A model generated the notes under the pieces. That model saw nothing but the letters and a program-made list of their open reading frames with translations, did not search any database and had not been told where the DNA came from. Shown here one piece after another: positions 38,335 through 48,005 of a DNA stretch of 64,000 nucleotides. The position numbers and the translations under genes are program-made. This DNA comes from an uncultured Gammaproteobacteria bacterium. Lineage in GTDB: Bacteria > Patescibacteriota > Microgenomatia > Levybacterales > UBA12049. Position 1 is the stretch's first letter; each line of letters begins with the position of its first letter. The stretch covers positions 64,185 to 128,184 of the forward strand of contig CAYYSJ010000004.1 in NCBI GenBank assembly GCA_964474445.1, written 5' to 3'.

Positions 38335-38348
38335 GATGGTTAAAATAT

Positions 38349-39335
38349 ATGAGTGCAGAAAAAGAAATAAAAAGTGAAGAAATCGTGCCAATGGCAAAAC
38401 AGACGCCATTTGGTCTCTTGTCTGAGTCTGATAAGTGGTTTGAGCACACCTTTCCAAAAGGAGAAGAAAACTCCATTCACAAAAAGGCTGTTGTGATACT
38501 AGCACATCCAGATGATGCAGAAGATCTGCTTGGAGGAACAATTGTCAAATTATCAGAACAGGGATTTGATACAACACTTGTCATTGTGACAGATGGGCAA
38601 TGGGGAGTAGATCACAGAAATCCAATGAGTCCAAACGATCTTATTCGAATACGCCTTGAAGAGACACTGTTGGGTGCAAGAGGACTGGGAGTAGGGAAAG
38701 TGATAAATCTAGGAATTGAAGATAGAGAAGTGCCAGAGGATCCAAAGGCAGATAAAGTATTGTTACATAATTTGGTAGAGGTTCTGTCTCAAAATCCAGC
38801 AAGTGTCTATCTAACCCATGCAACGCCTGAAAATAATGACACGAAAGATTACCATGCAGACCACCGAAATACTGCAAAACTTGCACTCGAAGCAATTCAA
38901 CGACCCCGAAATGGCAATGGTGAGATGGCTGAACAACCGCTTCTTTTATATGCAGACACACAAGGGGCTCGAAATGCACATGGGATTACAAGACGTTTGG
39001 GAAGAGTTTTTCCAAAAGCAGCAGCAGTTGATATGCTGATTGATATAACAGAGGTTGTTTGGAGAAAAGAAAAAGCGTTCTCTTTCCACATGACACAAAT
39101 AGGGAATACTCCAAAGGATGTTGCACATGATTATGTGGTGCAGGGACGAGAGGTATCGAGATTTCGTGCACGTCAAGCACGACGAAGATTTTTGAGAAAA
39201 CCCCATTTTGCAGAAGGCCTATCTTTGCACACAGGACATGGATTTAGTACTGATATAACAAGAGTCTTTAAGAGCAAAGATGTATTTACTCCTAAGAGGA
39301 TTTTTACGAGACGACGTGCTCCTATCTTTTACTAA
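38349..39335 (+). CDS. LmbE/PIG-L family N-acetylglucosaminyl deacetylase (MshB/BshB-like)
   Basis: VVILAHPDDAE signature and downstream His/Asp residues. Arg-rich C-terminal tail. Confidence 0.85.
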   Translation: MSAEKEIKSEEIVPMAKQTPFGLLSESDKWFEHTFPKGEENSIHKKAVVILAHPDDAEDLLGGTIVKLSEQGFDTTLVIVTDGQWGVDHRNPMSPNDLIRIRLEETLLGARGLGVGKVINLGIEDREVPEDPKADKVLLHNLVEVLSQNPASVYLTHATPENNDTKDYHADHRNTAKLALEAIQRPRNGNGEMAEQPLLLYADTQGARNAHGITRRLGRVFPKAAAVDMLIDITEVVWRKEKAFSFHMTQIGNTPKDVAHDYVVQGREVSRFRARQARRRFLRKPHFAEGLSLHTGHGFSTDITRVFKSKDVFTPKRIFTRRRAPIFY

Positions 39336-39492
39336 TGTGGTTTTCTGAAAAAAAGCTTATTCTTTATGTAAGAAAAGTAGATCAATTTAGGACTTGACTA
39401 TAACAATTCCTCTTCTTTGATTTAGCCTATTATGACAGTCTAAATGGAGATCTCTTATCTGCACGTCATTTGTTGACAGACCTTCCACAACT

Positions 39493-41094
39493 TTGGTAAA
39501 AGACAGACTCAGGAGTAAGAACTTGGAAAGAAATCCAAATGACTTTATGAAGAAAAAAATTCTGCCCATTATGACAAAAAAGTTACTATCAATTCTTTTA
39601 TTACTACCGCTTGTTATTGGAATAGGGTTCTATGCATATAAACCAGTTGCACAAGCGCAAGATGTATCCATTTTACAAAATCCTTGGTCTTTCCAAGCAC
39701 AGAGTGGACCTATTGAACAATATCAATCTGTTAATCCGAATATCCTTTCAGGTGGATCAACAGTACAAGTGACATACAACCTTCATGGACTTTGTGCGCT
39801 ATCCGGTGATGCATCTGCGCTTATTTTTGATCAAAATGGATGGAAATATGTAGCACTTTCTCAGTACGGTCAGAATTGTAAAGATGGGCAACAGACAGTT
39901 TCTATTCCTCTCTCTGATTTTAAAGATATTAGCAATGGGCAACAACTCAACACAAATGCTCCGCTTACTGGATCATTCCATGCAAGATTTTGGTATGACA
40001 AACCATATACCGTTGATATTACAAATGTTACAATAACCACAACTGGTTCTAGTTCTGGAAGCACAACCAATCCAACCCCAACTGTAGTTGTAACACCAAC
40101 TTCTGCACCGACAAATACACCTCCTGCCGTAGTAACACCTTCAGTACCTCAACAAGGTTCAGGGTCTATGCCAAGTTCAAATGCGGGCGGTACCTTTGCA
40201 GTCCAAAGTATTGATGCGATGAAAGATACCAAAGATGCAATTTGCGGTCCTAGACCAACAGACTGGATTAATAAATGGCTTGATAAAGCAGTAGAATTAG
40301 GAGCAGGTTATGTTGCGATCTCTACTCCTTATGAAAATCCATCCTGTGGTGATGCATTGGCTTATACAAAAACATGGGTACAAGCAATCCGTGCACATGG
40401 TCTGCATGTCTGGCATAGACACATGCCTCTTTCCTTCGAAGGTATTTATAGTACACCAAAAACAACGGGGAATAATTACCTCGATCTGATCAGTAATTAT
40501 ATTAAAAATAATCCAGATATTTTCGAGAATGGCGATATCTTTACCCCAATTCCAGAGCCTCAAAACGGCGGGATTCAAAATGTTACCTATTGTGCAAATA
40601 ACGTCTGCCAGTTCCAAAGCCCTGCAGCATTTAACCAGTGGCTTCGTGATGCAATGACAACTGCAAAAAGTGCCTCTCAAGCAATTGGCAAAGATATGAA
40701 AATTGGATACTTTGGATTTGATGGATTTGTTGCTTGGGGCGATAAGAATCCTGATTGGCATGGCATTCTTGAAGATAGTACAGTAGCCCAAATGGGAAAT
40801 ATCACAATCGATCATTACCCAGAGACCGTCGGAGAGACAATGGACCAAGCACTCACCACTTTGCAAACGAAGTATCCAACTACACCAATTGTGATAGGAG
40901 AATATGGAACAGTGAATGGAACAAACGTAGATCAGGAAGTGCAAGATACTATGACTGCAGCAAAAAATCACAAAGTGGTTGGATTTAATTACTGGCAATT
41001 TGGTCCTTCGGGATCTGGTGAACAACTGATTAATAATGATTTCTCTAATAGATCTGATTTCTCAATAGTCCAATCCTTCTACAAAGCAAAATAG
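39493..41094 (+). CDS. secreted putative glycoside hydrolase (TIM-barrel, GH5-like) with N-terminal beta-sandwich and T/P-rich linker
   Basis: Signal/TM (start probably at MKKK, 39547). Linker TTGSSSGSTTNPTPTVVVTPT. IGEYG near the C-terminus resembles a GH5 nucleophile region. Confidence 0.55.
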   Translation: MVKDRLRSKNLERNPNDFMKKKILPIMTKKLLSILLLLPLVIGIGFYAYKPVAQAQDVSILQNPWSFQAQSGPIEQYQSVNPNILSGGSTVQVTYNLHGLCALSGDASALIFDQNGWKYVALSQYGQNCKDGQQTVSIPLSDFKDISNGQQLNTNAPLTGSFHARFWYDKPYTVDITNVTITTTGSSSGSTTNPTPTVVVTPTSAPTNTPPAVVTPSVPQQGSGSMPSSNAGGTFAVQSIDAMKDTKDAICGPRPTDWINKWLDKAVELGAGYVAISTPYENPSCGDALAYTKTWVQAIRAHGLHVWHRHMPLSFEGIYSTPKTTGNNYLDLISNYIKNNPDIFENGDIFTPIPEPQNGGIQNVTYCANNVCQFQSPAAFNQWLRDAMTTAKSASQAIGKDMKIGYFGFDGFVAWGDKNPDWHGILEDSTVAQMGNITIDHYPETVGETMDQALTTLQTKYPTTPIVIGEYGTVNGTNVDQEVQDTMTAAKNHKVVGFNYWQFGPSGSGEQLINNDFSNRSDFSIVQSFYKAK

Positions 41095-41186
41095 CTCTCT
41101 CTTAAAGCTAGTCTAAGTTCCTTCACATACAGAATATATAGTAGTATTTGTGACAAAGCTACCATAAGAGTGTTACTGTTTAACGG

Positions 41187-41360
41187 TTAGGTAGCAAGCA
41201 GCGGTGGCGTAGTAATTAGATGAACTACTTCGCCACCGTCAGACCATCCTGTCCCAACAATACGATTTTGTTGGAAATTTGCGGGAGGAGAGGCAAATGA
41301 GGAATTGGTTGCTAATAACACAAAAAAAAGACTAACGAAAAAAGCCGCTACGTTCTTCAT
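41187..41360 (-). CDS. small secreted peptide (57 aa: signal peptide + ~34-aa mature peptide)
   Basis: MKNVAAFFVSLFFVLLATNSSFA | SPPANFQQNRIVGTGWSDGGEVVHLITTPPLLAT. Not in the ORF track. Confidence 0.3.
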   Translation of the reverse strand: MKNVAAFFVSLFFVLLATNSSFASPPANFQQNRIVGTGWSDGGEVVHLITTPPLLAT

Positions 41361-41452
41361 AGAAAATTGGGCAGCTCTTCTATTTCAGGATAAAAAGAGC
41401 AAACAAGAAAGCAATTATAGGTAGGTAAGAAGAGGGTAAGTGGCCAAAGCAG

Positions 41453-42007
41453 TTATCGACTAAGAAAAGTTATCTGATATATGCCATTTTGTTTTACTGC
41501 TTTTACCTGCATCTGTTTTCCTGTTACCCATCCAGTTGGTTGTAGTACACCACTCCCTAAGAGCCAAAAGGTATTTGCTTGTGCTGAAATTGGTTTAACA
41601 GATAGTGTAATTTGGAACGTTAACTCTCCATTCCTTTCTACAAGATGTTGTGGAAGATAGATAGTATATGCTTGCAGACGTTGAGAAGGAGGAGTTGATG
41701 GATCAATATATTTTGCTACATAGTCTCGGACGAGAGTTTTTGCAAGAGATGTTATTTTTTCTGTATAAGTAACCGTTGTTGGAAGTTCAAGTTGTGCTGT
41801 TGTTGCTACCTTTTGATATTGCACGCCTGCATAAAAACTTGCCAGTGGAATGATAAAAACGAGAAGAATGACAGCAAGAATTTTTGAAAAAAGTGTTACT
41901 GTTGTAAGAGATTTGGGGAGTCTTGTCATACAGACAGTATGACAAATTTTTTGGAGAGAGTAAACAACACACAGCCTGGCATGATAAGTATCCTCTCGAT
42001 TTTTCAT
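41453..42007 (-). CDS. membrane-anchored hypothetical protein
   Basis: TM then ~130-aa extracytoplasmic domain. Confidence 0.5.
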   Translation of the reverse strand: MKNREDTYHARLCVVYSLQKICHTVCMTRLPKSLTTVTLFSKILAVILLVFIIPLASFYAGVQYQKVATTAQLELPTTVTYTEKITSLAKTLVRDYVAKYIDPSTPPSQRLQAYTIYLPQHLVERNGELTFQITLSVKPISAQANTFWLLGSGVLQPTGWVTGKQMQVKAVKQNGIYQITFLSR

Positions 42008-42086
42008 GGTGTCGTGATAAGGTTGCCGAAACTCTCCGCATGATGCTTATTGCTACCAAGCTACAGAGCGAGTATAGTAGTGGCAA

Positions 42087-43538
42087 ATGAGTGCTGAGAT
42101 TCCCCAAAGAGAACACCATGATCCACGAAAAGAAAGTGACCGGCTATTGGAAAAATGTGCAGTTTTTGGTGTCTATACGCCGACACGACAAGCATCACCA
42201 CTTGTTCATATGGGACTTGCTGCATTGCAACATAGGGGCCAAGATGCATCAGGAATAACAGCAAGTGATGGAATAAGTGTTGTTAGTCGGAAAGCAGCAG
42301 GACTTGTTTCCACGGTGTTCTCTCAGGAAGAAGATATACAAAGTCTACCTGGTCATGTTGCCATAGGACATAATAGATATGCCACACAGGGAGGCTTAGA
42401 TGGGCATACTCAACCTGTTACTACAGAAAGACAGCTTGTATCTCTTGCACATAATGGCAATCTTCCTGAAACAAAAAAGCTAGAAGCATTTTTACACGAA
42501 AGACATATTGATACAAAAAACTTGAATGATTCAGAAATGATGCAACGAGTACTTGAATGGGATGTTGCTCAAGGAATGTCAATTGAGGATGCTGTAAAAG
42601 ATGTTTATCCTCTTTTTACTGGTGCATTTTCTCTTGTTGTGATGACGAAGGATGCATTAATTGGTGTGAGAGATAGTCATGGGATAAGGCCATTGAGTAT
42701 TGGCACAATGGGAGATGGGGAATATGCACTATCATCTGAAACATTTGGGCTTGAGCGAGTACATGCTACCTACCTGCGTGATGTAAAACCTGGTGAAATG
42801 GTTGTTATTGATAAAGAAGGGTTACGTACGTACCAAATTGAGGAGGGTGAGGAAAAACTAGATATTTTTGAAGTAGTGTATTTTGCAAGACCGGAAAGTA
42901 TTTTATATGGCAAAAGAGTGAATGATATGCGGGAAGCGATGGGAAGAAAGCTTGCTGAAGAAACACGATACTTGTGGGATCAGGCTGATATGGTGTTTGG
43001 TGTTCCCAACAGTTCAGTTCCTGCTGCAGCGGGCTATGCACATGCATCAGGGATACCCTATGTCCCGAACGCTTTGATAAAAGACGCATATGCTCATCGA
43101 ACATTTATTAATCCAGACCAGAAAACACGGGTAGATGGGGTGAGACGAAAATTTAGTGCGATGCCAGAAGTACTACAAGGAAAACGTATTATCGTCACAG
43201 ATGACTCGATTGTACGAGGAACGACACTCAAAGAACTTGTTGCGATGTTGAAGGATGCAGGGGCAGAGGAAGTACATATTGTTATCTCATCACCTCCAGT
43301 AAAATATCCTGATTTCTATGGCATTGCTACACCAGATCAAAAAGACCTTACTGCTGCTCAAAAAAGTGAAGAGCAAATACGAGACGATATTGGAGCAGAT
43401 AGCCTTCATTTTCTTTCAATAGATGGATTATTCGAGGCGATTGGCATTCCTAAAGAGAAATTTAATACATCGTGTTTTACTGGAGAATACCCTATAGATA
43501 TAGGGGAGCATGCAAAGAACATTGACTTCACTGTATGA
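42087..43538 (+). CDS. purF: amidophosphoribosyltransferase (class II glutamine amidotransferase + PRTase)
   Basis: Propeptide then catalytic Cys (KCAVFGVY). PRPP-binding VTDDSIVRGTT. Confidence 0.9.
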   Translation: MSAEIPQREHHDPRKESDRLLEKCAVFGVYTPTRQASPLVHMGLAALQHRGQDASGITASDGISVVSRKAAGLVSTVFSQEEDIQSLPGHVAIGHNRYATQGGLDGHTQPVTTERQLVSLAHNGNLPETKKLEAFLHERHIDTKNLNDSEMMQRVLEWDVAQGMSIEDAVKDVYPLFTGAFSLVVMTKDALIGVRDSHGIRPLSIGTMGDGEYALSSETFGLERVHATYLRDVKPGEMVVIDKEGLRTYQIEEGEEKLDIFEVVYFARPESILYGKRVNDMREAMGRKLAEETRYLWDQADMVFGVPNSSVPAAAGYAHASGIPYVPNALIKDAYAHRTFINPDQKTRVDGVRRKFSAMPEVLQGKRIIVTDDSIVRGTTLKELVAMLKDAGAEEVHIVISSPPVKYPDFYGIATPDQKDLTAAQKSEEQIRDDIGADSLHFLSIDGLFEAIGIPKEKFNTSCFTGEYPIDIGEHAKNIDFTV

Positions 43539-43564
43539 TGCGCTTCGTAAACTCTTCTTAGTTG

Positions 43565-44614
43565 TTAGCCGGTAATTTTTCTGAGAAAGTGAATGTTTTG
43601 TACAACGAAGGCAAGGAAAAAAGAAATACCTGCAACGAAAGTAAAAAAGAGCGCATCAAACCACGCTTGTTGAAAGGCAGAATGTGTTGCAAAAAATATT
43701 TTTTTCCCCAGGATAGCCCATACGCTTTCCAAGACGATGACGTGGACAAAAAAAACAAAAAATGAAAGACGTGAAAGAAGTTTTATCACTCCCATGTGAA
43801 ACGTCTCTTTCTGTGAAACATAAAACAAGAGGAGGCTTATTAGTATAGTATAAAGTAGTATTGTTGGTCTCCATTGAGAGTAAAATGACAAATAATGCTT
43901 CGTTTGCAGATAGCCTGATAATCCTTCATATACGATATATCCTGCAAAAAAAAGAGCAGCAAGAGCAAGAAGATACTTCCGCTGTACAACAAATGTTGTG
44001 AGTCTTTTTTGATGATGCGATGCAACACTTCCCAAAAGAAACGGGTAGAAATTTAAGAGAGCAATAGATGCGGGATAAAAGAGTGAGGATGGATGAAAAG
44101 AATAATCATAAAAAAGAAGTACCAGTTGTATAAGACCGAGTAAAAGAAGAATAGGCAGATGAGAAATATGATGATAGTACTTGTGTAGTAAAGGGAAGAG
44201 CAAGTAGAAAATAAGGAGTGTAGGGATAAAATACAGTTGATAGGAAGCGCTTCCTGTTGCAAGAGCATAGAGGAAGTTCGATGAATGCTGTTGATACACA
44301 AAGAAAAAATAAATGCTGCTCCAGAATATGTAGGGAATAAGAACTCTACTCAGTCGTTTTTTTAGATAGGTAAAGTAGGTTGCATGGAAAGGATAGTTAA
44401 GCTCTAACACAAAGCCTGAAATCATGAAGAATAATGGGACGGCAAATCGTGCAGCTTGATTAAGAAAAAACGTAATAGGTTCATGAGCAAGATCAAATGA
44501 GGATGCTTCAAGAACTCTGCTTGTTGTGTGGATGCAGACGACTGCAAGAATGGAAATAATGCGTAAAATATCAACGCCTGGATGGTATATTTTCTGCTTC
44601 TCTACTAATTGCAT
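43565..44614 (-). CDS. acyltransferase family 3 (OatA/WecH-like) membrane protein
   Basis: ~10 TM. N-terminal DILRIISILAVVCIH motif. Confidence 0.85.
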   Translation of the reverse strand: MQLVEKQKIYHPGVDILRIISILAVVCIHTTSRVLEASSFDLAHEPITFFLNQAARFAVPLFFMISGFVLELNYPFHATYFTYLKKRLSRVLIPYIFWSSIYFFFVYQQHSSNFLYALATGSASYQLYFIPTLLIFYLLFPLLHKYYHHISHLPILLLLGLIQLVLLFYDYSFHPSSLFYPASIALLNFYPFLLGSVASHHQKRLTTFVVQRKYLLALAALFFAGYIVYEGLSGYLQTKHYLSFYSQWRPTILLYTILISLLLFYVSQKETFHMGVIKLLSRLSFFVFFVHVIVLESVWAILGKKIFFATHSAFQQAWFDALFFTFVAGISFFLAFVVQNIHFLRKITG

Positions 44615-44683
44615 GAGGGAAAGTGTAACAATTTCAAAAAAGAAAGGGAATAGTTACCATTATACTAGTATGGTATAGGTGGA

Positions 44684-45028
44684 TTAGGGTTCCCATTGGG
44701 AGTGGGTAAGATCAACACAATGTCTCTGAAACACTACTCCTTCTTCCAAAAGTTTCTTCTCTTTTGCATGTAGCCCTCCAAAAGCATATCCTGTCAGCTT
44801 GCCATTTGATGCAACAACACGGTGGCAGGGGATACTCTCAGGATGGGTATTTTTGCTCATGCACATTCCAACTGCTCGGCTTGCTTTTTTGTTTCCTGCA
44901 AGGAGTGCTATTTGCTGATACGTTGCAACTTTTCCTATAGGAATCTTTTTGACTATTGTATAGACTTGCTCAGAAAATAATGGGGACATAGCCTCACAAT
45001 ACACAATGTTATTTACATTTGCAAGCAA
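44684..45028 (-). CDS. methylated-DNA--protein-cysteine methyltransferase (MGMT/Ogt DNA-binding domain)
   Basis: Active-site IPCHRVV. 114 aa. Confidence 0.85.
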   Translation of the reverse strand: MLANVNNIVYCEAMSPLFSEQVYTIVKKIPIGKVATYQQIALLAGNKKASRAVGMCMSKNTHPESIPCHRVVASNGKLTGYAFGGLHAKEKKLLEEGVVFQRHCVDLTHSQWEP

Positions 45029-45164
45029 GAAATAATGAGCAATATATTTTCACTTCACAACAGTTCTATGTAGAAAACATTGCAGCTGGTATCTTTTTCA
45101 AAAGAGTATGTGTTGTAGGTATTGACAAAGATATACCAATAACATAACGTTAAAAAGAGGGGAT

Positions 45165-46349
45165 ATGGCAATACGTACTGTTTCTAAACTCAAGGTGGTA
45201 TCATCTTTGACAATAACACTGCTTTTGTTATCTCCTGTTGTTGCGACGAACGCGAAACTGTTTGCTCAACAGCCGACAGAAAATGATCAAATTCCTTCAG
45301 ATTTGTCATTAGACCTTAATTTGGCACAACAAAATCCAGCTCCTGATCGACAACAGATTGTTAAATCAGAAACAAAGCAAGTGGAAATTACAACAACCAC
45401 AGGGCAAACAATAACGGCGGTGCCACAAGATGTCATTGCCCCTCAAGTGAAAACAGAACCCAAGCATGATGCAGTGAATCCTGATCAAACAACATCAGAA
45501 CAAGTCGTTACAAAACCTGAGGAGATCAAGGTTGATGAAAGTGGGACGCCAGTTCCTACTGAAGTTCCAGCACAAACAGATCAAAATCAAGGATCAACAA
45601 ATAATGCTGATCATCAACAGACAAACCAACCAACAACCCAACAACAATCCAACCAACCAACAAATCAGCCAACAGGTGTTCAATCAGAAAACGGTACAAC
45701 AGGAGCACCAACCCAAACACAAAATCTTGTTCCAGGGACCGATGTTGCACAACCAGATGACAATGCTGCACCAACAGATAATTCTACAAATCCTAACCTT
45801 CCTGCTCCTACACAAGTAGATGAAATGCCGGTATCTCCATCTGTAACAGATCAACCTGTACCAAGCAGCAATGCCCAACCTACGGCGGGGAGCAATAATC
45901 AAAATACCAATAATACACCGTCATCTGTACCTCAGACTACCTCTGCTCCTCAAGATACCACGCAGCCTACAAGTACACCCGTACAGGATAATACTTCTCA
46001 ACCTCAAACTACACCTTCACAAGCTCCAGATAATTCAACAAATACGCAAGTGCAACCTACTTCAGCACAGCAACAACCCACTACTGCACCTGATAACTCA
46101 TCAAGTCCTCAATCTAGTTCTCAAACCACGACTCAACAATCTCAACCTTCGCAACAGTCTCAACCATCTGATAGTGGTAGCAATAATGCAAATCCAAGCT
46201 CTCCATCAGACAATTCAGGGAGTTCAGGAGGAGGGAGTACTCCTACTGATTCCTCAGTACAAGGAGCAGCTACCCAGCAAAATCCAGTTGTGTTATTCTT
46301 TCAGCATATAGAACAAAAATTTGTTAACTTACTCTTTAGCACAAAGTAA
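45165..46349 (+). CDS. secreted low-complexity (T/Q/P/S/N-rich) protein
   Basis: Signal peptide. Compositionally biased 394 aa. Ends TAA 3 nt before, and in frame with, the next ORF. Confidence 0.55.
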   Translation: MAIRTVSKLKVVSSLTITLLLLSPVVATNAKLFAQQPTENDQIPSDLSLDLNLAQQNPAPDRQQIVKSETKQVEITTTTGQTITAVPQDVIAPQVKTEPKHDAVNPDQTTSEQVVTKPEEIKVDESGTPVPTEVPAQTDQNQGSTNNADHQQTNQPTTQQQSNQPTNQPTGVQSENGTTGAPTQTQNLVPGTDVAQPDDNAAPTDNSTNPNLPAPTQVDEMPVSPSVTDQPVPSSNAQPTAGSNNQNTNNTPSSVPQTTSAPQDTTQPTSTPVQDNTSQPQTTPSQAPDNSTNTQVQPTSAQQQPTTAPDNSSSPQSSSQTTTQQSQPSQQSQPSDSGSNNANPSSPSDNSGSSGGGSTPTDSSVQGAATQQNPVVLFFQHIEQKFVNLLFSTK

Positions 46350-46352
46350 TCT

Positions 46353-47039
46353 ATGGATACAAAGAAAGCAGAACATAAAGTACACGAACATACCAAAGAA
46401 GTGCATGCCTCTGGTGAGCATATGCATGAGGAGCATCAAGAGAAACATAAGATGCTTCAAGAATTTTTGTGGGATAAAAGATTTATTATTCTTTTTATTC
46501 TTCTTGTTTTGCTTTTGGGTGGTTTGCTTGCGTACAAACAGTTTCATCCAGGCAAGCCTCAAGTACGAACAATTACCGTTAACAAACAAGTGTTGCAAAA
46601 ACGTTCGATGGATCTTGGGATAATTCAAAGAGGATTGACGGGAAAAGCAATAGACGTTAACACTGGAAAGATTATTAAAGCAGCACGAGTATTTTCTCCA
46701 AATGATACAACAGTCTATCTTGAGCTAGACTTTTACAGTGCTCCCAAAGGAACAGTGATTGATTATATTCGCTATAAGAATGGAAGATATGTTGACCACG
46801 GAGAGGTAACGCTCATTAAGGCAAATACAAAAAATATTCTGTTTAATTGGATTATTAATAACCTCCTTTCAAATTCTCACGATGGGAATTGGCGTGTTGC
46901 GACATACACTAATGGAGTCCTTTCAAAAAGAATTTCCTATGTCGTAACAAAAAATCAAGTTTCTTATGTCTACCCAGAAACACCAGTTCGTTCTACAGAT
47001 ACAGATTATTTATTAAGCGCTGCTTTGACGCAGCACTAA
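46353..47039 (+). CDS. membrane-anchored protein (His-rich cytoplasmic N-terminus, TM, ~150-aa outer domain); paralog of 63282..63851
   Basis: Shared block ...YIRY...G...T(Y/W)RV..YTNGV..K.ISY.V with 63282..63851. Confidence 0.6.
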   Translation: MDTKKAEHKVHEHTKEVHASGEHMHEEHQEKHKMLQEFLWDKRFIILFILLVLLLGGLLAYKQFHPGKPQVRTITVNKQVLQKRSMDLGIIQRGLTGKAIDVNTGKIIKAARVFSPNDTTVYLELDFYSAPKGTVIDYIRYKNGRYVDHGEVTLIKANTKNILFNWIINNLLSNSHDGNWRVATYTNGVLSKRISYVVTKNQVSYVYPETPVRSTDTDYLLSAALTQH

Positions 47040-47048
47040 CCATGATTC

Positions 47049-48005
47049 ATGCCAACAGAAACTACCATTCAAGGCTTGTCCTCATCAGAAGTGAGAGACA
47101 GCCAAAAGAAATTTGGATATAACGTTGATAAAACTCACGATTATACTACCCTAAAACTCATCTTCAATACACTTTTTTCAGTATTCAACATTGTTATGGT
47201 TGCTCTTATCATTATTCTTGTTCTTGTTGGAAAAGGATCAGAAGCAAAGTTCCTTGGAGTTGTGGCTGGTTTGAATACAGCAATAGCCTTAATACAAGAT
47301 ATACGGGCTCGCCTTATTGTGAAAAGATTGAGTAAGCTTTCTGAAAAAACAACAAAAGTTATACGAAATGGTGAGATAAAAGAAATTCCCATCCAAGAGT
47401 TGGTGATTGGTGACGTGATCCATTTAGCCTCAGGAGATAGGGTGCCGGTAGATGGGGAGGTATTCTCAACACAATATGCAGAATTTGATGAAAGTATTTT
47501 GACAGGTGAATCAAAATATATCGAAAAGAAAAAAGGAGAAGAGATTAAAGCTGGAAGCTTTTTGGCTGCAGGGAGTTGTAATTATACAATGACCAAATTC
47601 ACCAGAGATTCATACATCCAAACAATTACCAAACAGATTGCCAAAAAAGGCATTACAGAGTCTCCACTGCAATCGCAAATTAACCAAATTATTAAAGCGC
47701 TTACCTATATGACAATTTTCTTTATCGCACTGATCGTTGCAGAAGGACTTGTCCAGGAGAGTCAAAAAGAAGAGATTATCGTAAATGCAGCAACACTGGT
47801 AAGCTCTCTTGTTCCTCAAGGTTTGGTTCTTATTACAACAATTTCTTTTGCATATGGGGCAACAAAAATTGCAAAAAATCAGGCAATTGTCCAAAAGCTT
47901 TCGGCAATTGAGGCAATGGCAAATACAAAAGTTGTCTGTATGGACAAAACGGGTACACTCACTGAAAATCAGCTACAAGTAAAAGAAATAAAGGAGGTTA
48001 TATGA
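47049..48005 (+). CDS. cation-transporting P-type ATPase, N-terminal part (A-domain, TM1-4, phosphorylation site)
   Basis: Ends ...VVCMDKTGTLTENQLQV-KEIKEVI. VPQGL ion-site motif. Stop TGA overlaps the next ATG (ATGA). Confidence 0.85.
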   Translation: MPTETTIQGLSSSEVRDSQKKFGYNVDKTHDYTTLKLIFNTLFSVFNIVMVALIIILVLVGKGSEAKFLGVVAGLNTAIALIQDIRARLIVKRLSKLSEKTTKVIRNGEIKEIPIQELVIGDVIHLASGDRVPVDGEVFSTQYAEFDESILTGESKYIEKKKGEEIKAGSFLAAGSCNYTMTKFTRDSYIQTITKQIAKKGITESPLQSQINQIIKALTYMTIFFIALIVAEGLVQESQKEEIIVNAATLVSSLVPQGLVLITTISFAYGATKIAKNQAIVQKLSAIEAMANTKVVCMDKTGTLTENQLQVKEIKEVI

